64,000 bases of DNA from the human T2T-CHM13v2.0 reference genome, Homo sapiens, in assembly GCF_009914755.1 (NCBI RefSeq), contig NC_060946.1. One strand, 5' to 3'. The translations under genes and the position numbers were made by a program. Shown here in pieces: positions 45,901-58,300 of the stretch. How positions within the stretch are numbered: position 1 is the first letter of the stretch; each line of letters begins with the position of its first letter. The notes beneath the pieces were generated by a model, which did not search any database, was not told the origin of the DNA, and worked only from the letters and a program-made list of their open reading frames with translations.

Positions 45901-46100
45901 GAAAGAAATCGGATGGAATGGAAAGGAGTGGAGTGGAATGGACTGGAGTGGAGTGGAGTGGAATGGATTGGAGTGGAGTGGAGTAGAGTGGAATAGAGTG
46001 GAATGGAATGCAATAGAATGGTGAAATGAAATGTGAGCTGAGACTGTGTCACTGCGCTGCAGGCTGGGTGAAATAGTGAGATATTTTCAAAAGAAAGAAA
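36985..46100 (+). mobile_element. About 28 immobile Alu 3'-end fragments (~50-65 bp each) amplified within the satellite
   Basis: Module consensus TGAGCTGAGATTGTGCCACTGCACTCCAGCCTGGGTGACAGAGTGAGATCCTGTCAAAAGAAAGG equals the CpG-decayed Alu right-arm end (TGAGCCGAGATCGCGCCACTGCACTCCAGCCTGGGCGACAGAGCGAGAC...). Examples near 37146, 38703, 39900, 43533, 46034. No Pol III A/B boxes. Confidence 0.9.
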
Positions 46101-46370
46101 TACAACAGAATGCAGTGGAATGGAGTGAAATCTAATGGAGTGGGGTGAAGTAGAGTTGACTGGAATGAGATTGAATGGAATGGAATGGAATGAAGTGGAG
46201 ATGAGTGGGGTGGAGAAGATTGCAGAGGAATGGAGCATAATGGAATGGGATGGAGTGGAATGGAGCGCTGTGGAGTGCAGTGCAGAGGAGAGGAGTGGAA
46301 TGGCATGGAATGGAGTTGGATATAATGGAATTTAGTGTAGTGGAGTGGAATAAAGTAGAACAGAGTGGTG
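36985..46370 (+). repeat. Divergent HSat3-like (GGAAT/GGAGT)n satellite with interspersed Alu fragments
   Basis: 5-bp periodic GGAAT and GGAGT runs, interrupted every ~160-700 bp by a ~60-bp non-pentamer module. The right boundary is approximate. Confidence 0.9.
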
Positions 46371-49300
46371 TGGAATGGAATGGAATAGAATAGAATGGAT
46401 TTGAATGGAATGGACTGTAATGTAATGGAATGGAATGGACTCAAAAGGAATGGAATCGAATGAAATGGAATCTAACGAAATGTAATCGAATGGAATGGAC
46501 TCCATTTGAATGGAACGGAATGGAACGCTCTCGAAACCAATGGAATCAAAAGGAATAGAATCGAGTGGAATGGAATGGACTAGAATGGAAAGGAACGGAA
46601 AACAAAGGAAAGGAAATGGAATGGACTCGAATGGAATGGACTTGAATGGAATGCAATCGAATGGAATGGAATTGTATTGAATGGATTGGAATCGAATGGA
46701 CAAGAATGGAATGTACTGTAATGGAATGTTCTCGAAAGGAGTGGAATGGAATGGAATGGAATTGAATGGAATGGAATGCAATGGAAGGAATGGAATGCAA
46801 TCGAATGGAATGGACCAGAATGGAATGGAGCGGAATGGAATGGACTGGAATGGAATGGACTCCAATGGAATTTATTCTAATGGAAAGGACACGAATGCTT
46901 TGGAATGAATGGACTTGAATGGAAAGGTCTCCCTGGAATGGATTTGAATGGAATGCAATCGAATGGAATGGAATTGAATGAAATGGAGTCAAATGGAGTG
47001 GAATGGAATGGAAACGACCTGTAGGGAAAGGACTGCAATGGAATAGACTCCGAATGGAATGCACTCGTAAGGAATGCAATAGAAAGGAACGGAATGGAAT
47101 GCAATGGAATGCAATGGAAATGGATTATTGGAGTCGAACGGAAAGGACTCAAATGGAATGGAATTGAATGCAATGGAATCGAATGGAATGGAATATAATG
47201 GAATGGAAAGGAATGGAATGGAATGGAATGGAATGGAATGGAATGGAATGGACTCTCATGGAATGGACTCAAAGAGAATGGAATATATCGCAATTGAATG
47301 GAATGGAATGGAATAGACTCGAATGGAATGGGATGCCATGGACTGGAATGGAATGGAATGGCAGGTAATGGAATCTAACGGAATGGAATTGAATGGAATG
47401 GAATGGAATGGACTCTCATGGAATGGACTCAAAGAGAATGGAATAGATCGCAATTGAATGGAATGGAATGGAAGAGACTCGAATGGAATGGGATGCCATG
47501 GACTGGAATGGAATGGAATGGAATGGCAGGTAATGGAATCTAACGGAATGGAATTGAATGGAAAAGAATCGAATGGAATGGAAAAGAAAGGAATGGAATG
47601 AAATGGAATGGAATGGAATAGAGGGGAATGCAATGGATTCAAAAGGAGTGCAATGGAATGGAATGGAATCAAATGGAATGGAATCGAATGGGATAGACTG
47701 GAATGAAATGGACTCGAATGGAATGGACTGGAATGTAATGGACTCGAATGGAATGGAAACGAATGGAATCGTATCGAATGGAATGGAATATAATGGAATG
47801 GAATGCAATGGAATTTCATCGAATGGACGGGATTCAAATGCAATGGTCTCGTATTGAAAAGACTCGAATGGAATGGAATCCAATGAAATGAATTCGAATG
47901 GAATGGAATCGAATGGAATGGAATCGAGTTGAATGGAAGGGTATGGAATGGAATTGAATGGAATGATATCGAATGCAATGGAATAGAATCGAATGGAAAG
48001 TAATCAAATGGACTGGACTGGAACAGAATGTACTGAAATGGAATGGACTCGAATGGAACGAACTCAAACGGAATGGATTCAAACGACATGGGCGCGAATG
48101 GTCTGGAATGGAATGGACTTGAATTGAATGGTCTCCAATGGAATGGACTCAAATGGAATGCAATCGAATGGAATGGAATCGAATTGAATGGAATTGATTG
48201 GAATGGACTGCAATGGACAGGAATCGAATGGAATTGAATCGAATTGAATGGAATAGATTGGAATGGACTGCAATGGACAGGAATCGAATGGAATGGCCTG
48301 GAATGGAAAGTTCTCAAATGGAATGCAATGGAATGGAATAGACTGGAATGCAATGGACTGGAATGAAAATCACTCGAAAGGAATGGGCTCGAATGGAAAG
48401 GATTTTAATGGAATGGACTCGAATGGTCTGGAATGGAATGGACACGAAAGGAATGGTCTCCAATGGAATGGACTCGAATTGAATGCCATGGAATGGAATG
48501 GAACCGAATGGAATGGACTAGAATGGAACGGTCTCGAATGGAATGGAATCGAATTGAATGGAATTGAAGGGAATGCATTTGAATGGAATGAAATCAAATG
48601 GAATTGAATGTCTGGAATGGAATAGAATGGACTCGATTATAATGGACTGGAATGCAATATACCTGAATGGAATGGAATCGAATGGAATGAAATCAAAAGA
48701 ATGGAATCTAATGGAATAGAATCACATCGAATGGACAAGAATAGAATGAAATTGGATGGAAAGGTCTCGATTGGAATGGAGTGGATTGGAATGTAATGGA
48801 ATGGAATGGGATGGAATCTAATGGAATGGAATGCAATGGAATGAAATGGAATGGAATGGAGTGGAATGGAATGGATAGGATTCAAAAAGAATGCACTGGA
48901 ATTGAGTGGAATCATGTGGAATGGAATGGAGTGGAATGGAATGGAATGGATTCGAATGGAATGTATTCAAATGGAATATAATTTAATGGAATGGAATCGA
49001 ATGGAATGGGCTCGACTTGAATGGATCCGAATTGATCTGTCTCGAATGGAATGTAAAGGAATAAAATTGAATGGAATTTAATGGAATCAAATCGAATGGA
49101 ATGGACTCGACTTGAATGGATCTCAAAAGATCTGTCTCGAATGGAATGGAATGGAAAGGAATGGAAAGATTGGAATGGATTGAAATGGAATGAAATGGAA
49201 TGGAATGGAATGGAATAGAATCTAATGGAATGGAATGGAATGCATTCGAATGCAATGGAGACGAATGTAATGGAATTGCTTGGAATGGAATGGAATGCAA

Positions 49301-52300
49301 TCCAATGTAATGGACATGAATGGAAAGCAGTGGAATGGAATGGAATGAAATGAAATGGAATGGACTCTAATAAAGTGGACCTGAATGGCATGGACACGAA
49401 GGGAATGGATTCAAATGGAATAGAATGGACAGGAATGGAATGTAATGGAATGGAATATAATGGAATGGAATGGAATCGAATGTAAGGGATTCGAATGGAA
49501 TGGAGCGGAATTGTATGGACTCGAATGGAATGGAGTCTTTTGGAATGGACTCAAACGGAATGCAATCGTATGGAAAGGAATCGAGAGGAATAAAATCCAA
49601 TGGAATGGAATCGAATGGAATGGACCGGAACGGAATGGACTCGAATGGCATGGACTGGAATGGAATTGTCAAGAATGGAATGGAACGGACTGGAATTTAA
49701 TGGAATGCAATGCAATGGAATGGAATGGAATCAAATGGAATGGACTGGAGAGGAATGGACTGGAATGGAATGGACAGGAATGGAATGGCCTCGAATGCCA
49801 TGGATTCGAATGGAATGTACTCTAATGGTTTGGAATAGAATTGACTCAAATGGAAAGGTTTCCATGGAATAGAATCGAATGAAATGCAATCGAATGGAAG
49901 GGAATCGAATGCAATGGAATCGAATGGAATGGAATCGAATGGAGTGGAATGGAATGGAAAGGACTGTAAGGGAATGGAATGCAGTAGAATCGACTGGAAA
50001 GGAATGAACTGGAATGGAACGGACTCGAATGGAATGCACTCGAAAGGAATGCAATCGAAAGGCATGGAATGGAATGGACTCGAAAAGAATAGACTAGAAT
50101 GGAACGGTCTCGAATGAAATGCAATCAAATGAAATGGAATTGAACGGAATGGAATCGAATGGAATGGAATCGAATGGAATAGAATGGAATGGAATGGACT
50201 CGAATGGATTGCACTCGAAAGGAATGCAAACGAAAGGCATGGAATGGAATGGACTCGAAAAGAATAGACTAGAATGGAACGGTCTCGAATGAAATGCAAT
50301 CAAATGAAATGGAATTGAACGGAATGGAATCGAATGGAATGGAATCGAATGGAATAGAATGGAATGGAATGGACTCGAATGGATTGCACTCGAAAGGAAT
50401 GCAAACGAAAGGCATGGAATGGAATGGACTCGAAAAGAATAGACTAGAATGGAACGGTCTCGAATGAAATGCAATCAAATGAAATGGAATTGAACGGAAT
50501 GGAATCGAATGGAATGGAATCGAATGGAATAGAATGGAATGGAATGGACTCGAATGGAATGGAATGGAGCGGTCTCGAATGGAATGGAATGGAATGGAAT
50601 GGAATGGAAGGTAATGGAATGGAATGGAATCGAATGGAGTGGACTGGAATAGAATGGACTGGAATGGAACGGATTCAAATGGAATGGTGTAAAATGGAAT
50701 GGATTCGAATGGAATGGACTCAAATGGTCTCTAATGCAATGGACTCGAATAGAATGGTGTTCAAAGGAATGGACTCGAATGGAATGCAATCGAAAGGAAT
50801 GGAATCGAATGGAATGGAATCAAATAAATTAGAATGGAATGGACTCGAAAGGAACGCATTAGAATGGAACGGGCTCTAATGGAATGAAACCGAATTGAAC
50901 GGAATTGAATGGAACAGATTAGAATGCAATGGATTTGACTGGAGTTGAATGGTCTGGAATTGAATAGAATGGACTCAAATGTAATGGACATGAATACAAT
51001 GGAATAGAATGGAAAGGAATCGAATGGAATGGAAACAAATGGAATGGAATATAGTGGAATGGAATTGAATCGAATGGACACGAATGGCAGGAACTAGAGT
51101 GGAAAGTTCTCAAATTGAATGGAATGGAATGGACTCGAAAGTTGTGAAATGGAATGGGATCGAGTGGAATGGTCTCCAATGGAATGGAGTCGAATGGAAT
51201 GCAACCGAAAAATGGAATCAAATGGAACTGAATCGAATAAAGGTGAATTGCATGGACTTCAAAGGAATGGACTAGAATGGAACTGTATCAAAAGGAATGG
51301 AATCAAATTCAATGGAATGGATTCGAAAGGAATGAAATGGAATGGAATCCAATGGTATGGAATTGAATAGAATTGACTCGAATGTAATGGACTGGAATGG
51401 AATGGAGTTGAATGGAGTGCAATTGAATGGAATGGAATCTAATAGAATGGAACTGAATCAAATGGACAAGAACTGAATGAACTGGAATGGAAAGGTCTTG
51501 AATGGAATGGAATGGAATCTAATGGAGTGGAATGGAATGCATTGGAATATAATGGAATGGAAAGGAATGGAAACGAATGGGGTGAAATGGAATGCAAGGG
51601 ATTCGAGTTGAGTGGAAAGGAATAAAATGGAATGGAATTGAATGGAATGGAGTGGAAATGAGTGGAATGGACCCGAATGGAATGGAATGGCATGGCATGG
51701 CATGGAATGGAATGGAATGTATTTGAATGGACTGGAATTGAATGAAAGGCAATGGAATGTAATGGAAGCAAATCAAATGGAATGCAATGGCATCTGATGT
51801 AATCGAATAGAATGGAATGGAACGTAATGGAATGCACTGGAATGGAATGGACTCGAATGGAATGGTGTCGAAAGGAATGGACACGAACGGAATGGAATGT
51901 AATGGAATAGAATGGAATGTGATAGAATCGAATGCAATGGAATGGAACGGAATGGACTCGAATGGAATCGACCCAATTGGAATGGACTTGAATGGAATGC
52001 AATAGAATGGAATGCAATTGATTGGAAAGGACTGTAATGGAATGGACTGGAATGGAATGAACTGGAAAGGAATGGTCTAGAATGGAATGCGATGCAATGG
52101 AAGGGAATGGACAGAAATCTAAAGGAATGGACTGGAATGGAAAGGACTGGAATGGAATGGACTCGAACGGAATGGACTCGAATGTATGCATTCGAATGGA
52201 ATGGAATTGAATGGTCTGCAATTGAATGGAATCTAATGGAATGGTCTCCCATGAAATGGAAATGATTGGAATGCAATGGAATGGAATGGAATCGAATGGA

Positions 52301-55300
52301 ATGGAATCAAATGGAGTGGAATAGAATGGAATTGTCTGGAAAGGAATGGCCTGCAATTGAATGAACTCGAATGGAATGGACTGGAATTGAATGGAATCGA
52401 ATGGAATGGAATCAAAAGAATGCAACTGAAAGGAGTGGAATGGAATGGAATGTAGTCGAAAGGAACGGACTAGAATGAAACGGTCTGAAAAGGGAAGAAG
52501 TAGAATGGAATGGAATCGAATGAATGGAATTGAATGGAATGGAATCCAACGGAATGGACTGCAATCGAACGGAATGGACTGGAATGGAATGGTCTCGAAT
52601 GTAATGCAAAGGAATGGAGTGAAATGGAATGGAATGGAATGCAATGCAATGGAAAGGAATGGAATGGACTCAAAAGAATTGACTTTGGAATGAAGTCGAA
52701 TGGAATGGACTCAAATGCTCTGGAATGGAATGGATTCAAATGGAATGGTCTCCAATGGAATGGACTCGAATGGAATGGATTCGAATGGAATGGATTCCAA
52801 AGGAGTGGAATGGAATGGATTCGAAAGGAATGGACTAGCATGGAATGGCCTCGAATTGAATGGAATCGAATTGAATGGAATTGAAAGGAATGGATTCTAA
52901 TGGAATGAAATTGAAAGGAATCGAATGGTCTGGAATGGAATACAATGGATTCGAATGTAATGGACTGGAATGGAATGTACTCAAATGTAATGGAATCGAA
53001 TGGAATGAAATCGAGTGGAATTTATTCTAAAGGAATGGAATAGAAAAGAATGGACACGAATGGAAAAAACTGGAATGGAAAGGTCTCGAATGGAATGGAA
53101 AGACATAGCATGTAATGGAATAGAATGGATTGGAATGGAATGGAATGGAATGTTCTCGAATGGAATGCAATGGAATGGAATGGAATGGAATCGAATGGAA
53201 TGGAATCTAATGTAATGGAATGGCACAGGATGGAATCGAACAGAAAGGAACAGAATAGAATGGAATGGAATGGAATGGAACAAAATGGAATGGAATGGAA
53301 GAGAATTGAAAGGAATGCACTTGAATGAAATGGAATCAAATGGAATGGAATCTATTGTAATGTAATCAAATTGAATAAATTGGAAAGGAACGGCCTGTAA
53401 AGGAATGGAGTGGAATGGAATGGAATGGAATCAAATCTAATAGAGTACCATCATATGGAATCAAACAGAAAGGAATAAGCCGATTGGAATGGAATGTAAT
53501 GGAATGGAAAGGATTGGAATTGAATGAAAAGGAATCGAATGGAATGGAATCTATTGGAATGGAATCATATTGAATGTATTGGAATGGAATGGTCTCGAAA
53601 GGAATGGAATGGAAATGAATACAATCGAATCAAATGAAATGGAATGGATTGGATTGGAACGGAATGGAATGGACTGGAAAGTAATGGACTGGAATGGAAT
53701 GGACTCGAATGGAATAGACTTGAATGGAATGGAATCGAATGGAATGGACCTGAATTGAAGGGATTGGAATGGAATGGTCTTGAATGGAATGGAATTGAAT
53801 GGAATGGAAAGTTATGGTATGCAATGGAATAGAACGGAATAGAATGGAATGGAATCAAATGGAGTGGAAGGAAATGGAATGGAATCGAATGGAATAGAAT
53901 GGAATGGAATCAAATGGAGTGGAAAGAAATGGAATGGAATCAAATGGAATTGAATGGAATGGAATGGCATGGAATGAAATTGAAGGAACCAAATCGAATA
54001 GAATAGAATCTAAAGGAACGGAATTGAATGGAACGGAATTGATTCGAATGGAATGGACTGGAAATGAATGGACTCAAATGGAATGGAATGAAAGGCAATG
54101 GAATTGAATGTAATGGACTGGAATGGAATGGACTCCAATAGAATGGATTCAAATGGAATGGAATCCAATGGAATGGAATCTAATGATATGGAATTGAATG
54201 GAATTGAAACGAATGGAATGAACTGAAAAGGATAGGTCACGAATGGAACAGAATGGAATGGAAAGGAATTGACTCGAAAAGTGTGGAATGGAATGGAGTG
54301 GAATGGAATGGTCTCCAATATAATTGACTTGAATGGAATGCAATCAAAAGGAATGGAATCGAATAAACGGGAATTGACTGGACTCAAAAGGAATGGACTA
54401 GAATAGAATGGTCTCAAATGGAATGGAATTGAATCGAATCAAATGGAAAGGGTTTGAATAGAATGAAATGGATTTGAACCAAATGGTCTGGAATGGAATA
54501 GAATCGAATCAAATGTAATGGACTGGAAGGGAATGGACTCGAATGGAATGGAATCGAATGGAATAGAATGCAATAGCCTGGAATATAATGGAATGGAATC
54601 TAATAGAATGGACACGAATGGAAAGACGTGGAATGGAAAGGTATCGAATGGAATTGAATGCAATGGAATGGAATGGAATACAGTGGAATGGAACGGAATG
54701 GAATGGAAAGGAATGTAATGGAATTGAGTAAAATGCAATGGCTTCCAGTTCAGTGGAATGGAATGAAATGGCATGGCATGGAATGGAATGGAGTGGAATG
54801 TACTCGAAAGGATTGAAATGGAATGGAATGCAATTGAATGGAATGGAATGGAATCGAATGCATTGGAAAGGCATGGGATGGAATCGAACAGAATGGAATG
54901 GAATAGGATGGAATGGAAAGTAATGAAATGGAATGGAATCTAATGGAATGCTATCGAATTGAGTAAATTGAAATGGAACGTTCGCTTATGGAAAGGATTT
55001 GAATGGAATGGAATTGATCGGAATGGAATGCAATCGAATGGAATCGAATGGAAAGGAATGGACTGGAATGGAATGGAATGGAATGGACTGAAAAGTAATG
55101 GAAAGGAATGAAATGGACTCCAATGGAATGGAATCAAATGTACTGGAATCAATTGGAAATGAATCGAATGGAATGGATTCGAATTGAATGACTTGGAATT
55201 GAACTGTATCAAATGGAATAGAATGGAATAGAATGGAATGGAATGGAACGGAATAGAATGGAATGGAAAGTAATGCAATGGAATGGAATCGAATGGAATG

Positions 55301-58300
55301 GAAAGGAATGGAATGGAATGGAATGGAATCAAATGGAATTGATTGTAATGGAATGGAATGCAACGGAATTGATTAGAATGGAATGGACTGGAATGGAATG
55401 GAATGGAATGGAATGGAATGGAATGGAATGGAATGGATTGGAATGGAATCGAATGTAATGGACTGGTATGGAATGGACTCGAATTGAATGGACGGGAATG
55501 GAATGGACTCAACTGGAGTGAAAAGAGGTGGAATAGAATGCAATAGAATGGACTTGAATGTATTGGAATGGAATGTAATTGAATGGAATGGACTAAAACG
55601 GAATGGACACAAATTGAGTGGAAAGGAACGGACAGGAATGGAAAGGAATGGAAGGGAATGGAATGGAATGGTCTCGAATGTAATGGACTGCATTTGAATG
55701 GACTCCAGCCTAATGCAATCGAACTGAATGGAATCAAAAGGAATGGACTGGATTGCAATGGACTCATTTGGAATGCACTCGAAAGGAAAGGTCTCAAAAA
55801 GAATGGAATGGAATGGAATGGAATGGAATGGAATGGAATGGAATCTAATGGAATGGAATGGGACGGAATGGAATGGAATGAAGTGGCTTGGAATAGAATG
55901 GATTGGACATCAATGGAATGAATTCGAGTGGAATGCAATCAAATGGAATGGAATTGAAAGAAATGGAATGGAATGGAATGAAATGGAATTTAATGGAATG
56001 GATTGGAAACAAATGGAATGGAATGGAATGAAATGGATTAGAATGAAATGGAATCGAATGAAAATAATGGAATGGAATGGAATGCTATGCAATGGAATGG
56101 AATGGAATGGATTGCACTCGAATCGAATGGAAAGGAATCGAATGGGATTGAATGCAACGGAATCGAATGTAATGGAGTGAAAAAATGGAAAGTAATTGAA
56201 TGGAAAGGAATTTAATGCAAGGGACTGGAAAGGATTCGAATGGAATGAACTGGAATTGAGTGGAATCATATGGAATGGAATGGAATGCATTGGATTCAAA
56301 AGGATTGGAATGCAATCGAATGGATTTGAATGGAATGGAATGGACTCGAATTAAGTTGAATGGACTGGAATAACGGATTGGAATGAAATGGACTTGAGTG
56401 GAATGGCATCAAATGGAATGGAAACAAATGGAATGGAATCAAATGGAATGGAATCGAATGGAATGGTTATGAATTGAATAGGTTGGAATGGAACGGTCGT
56501 GATTGGAATGGAAATGAATGGAATGGAATAGAATGGATTCAAAAGGAATGGATAGGAATGAAATTGAATGGAATGGAATCAAATGAAATGGCACAGAATG
56601 GAATTTAATGGAATGGAATCGAATGGAAAAGAACCTAATAAAATGAAATGGAATGGAATGGAATGGAATAGAAGTGATTCGAATGGAAAGGACTGGAATG
56701 GAAACGAATAAATTAGAATGGAATGGAATGCACTCGAATGTAATGGGCTGGAAGTGATTAGACTCGAATGGAATGCTTTCAAATGCGATGTACATGAAAG
56801 GAATACAATTGAATGGAGAGGTATGGAATGGACTTTAATGTAATGGATTGGAAGGTAATGGATTCGAATGGAATGGACTCGAATGGAATGGATTCGAATG
56901 GAATGGAATGGAATGGAATGGAATGGAATGGAATGGAATGGAAGGGAATGGAACAGAATGGAATGGAATGGACTCGAATATAGTGGACTCCTTGGAATGA
57001 ACTCCAATTGAATGCAATGGAATGGAATGGAATAGAATGGAATGGAATCAAATGGAGTGGACTGGAATGCATTGGACTCGAATAGAATGGACTGGGATGG
57101 AATGGTATCGAATGGAATAGAATGGAATGGAATCGATTGGAATGGAACAGAATGGAATAGAATTGAATGGAATTAAATTGAATGGATTGCAAGGGAATGA
57201 TATCCAATGGAATGCAATCAAATGGAATGGAATCAAAAGAAATGGAAGGGAATGGAATGGAAAGGAAGGGAATAGAATGGAATGGAATGAAATGGAATGG
57301 ATTAGAATGTAATGGAATGGAAAGGAATGGAATGGAATGGAATGGAATGGAATGGAATGGAATGGATTGGAATGGAAAGGAATGGAATGGAATGGAATGG
57401 AACGGAATGGAATGGAATGGAAAGGAATGGAATGAATGGATTGGAATGGAAAGGAATGGAATGGAATGGAATGGGCTTGAATGTAAAGGATTCCATTGGA
57501 ATGGACTCCAGTGGAATGCAATCGATTTGAATGGAATCGAATGTAATGGAATCGAATGGAATGGACTGGATTGCAATGGACTCATTTGGAATGGACTGGA
57601 ATAGAAAGGTCTCAAAAATAATGGAATGGAATGGAAAGGAATGGAATGGAATGGAATGGAATCGAATCTAATGGAATGGAATGGGACCGAATGGAATGGA
57701 ATGAAATGGCATGTAATAGAATGGTATGGACTCCAATGGAATGAATTCGAATGGAATGCAATCAAATAGAAGGCAATCAAATGGAATGGAATTGAATGGT
57801 ATGGAATGGAATGGAATGGAATGGAATGGAATGGAATGGAATCAAATGGAATGGAATCAAATGGAATGGAATGGAATTAATTGGAAACAAATGGAATGGA
57901 ACGGAATGGAAAGGAATGCAATGGATTTGAATGAAATTGAATCGAATGAAAAAGAGGTGAATGGAATGGAATGGAATGGAATGGATTGGACTCGAATGGA
58001 ATGGAATGGAATCGAATTGGATGGAATGCATAGGAATGGAAGGCAATGGATTGAACAAAATGGAATGTAAGAGGACGGAATGGAATCCAATGCAATGGAC
58101 TGGAAAGGATTCGAATGGAATGGACTGGAACTGAGTGGAATCATATGGAATGGAATGGAATGGAATGGACCGTAAAGGAATGGAATGCAATCAAATGGAA
58201 TTGAATGGAATGGAATGTACTCGATTGAACTTGAATGGACTGGAAAGTAATGGATTGGAATGGAATGCACTTGAGAGGAATGGCATCAAATGGAAAGGAA

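Noticed and set aside
36985-46100. Alu modules as a repeat-spacer array or as active SINEs
   Set aside because: Intervening DNA is pentamer satellite rather than unique spacers; the fragments lack the left arm, Pol III boxes and target-site duplications.
55368-55385. Possible DUX4 binding motif (TGATTAGAATG; similar near 56755 and 63335)
   Set aside because: Does not complete the TGATT(A/G)(A/G)(A/G)TTA consensus; expected by chance.
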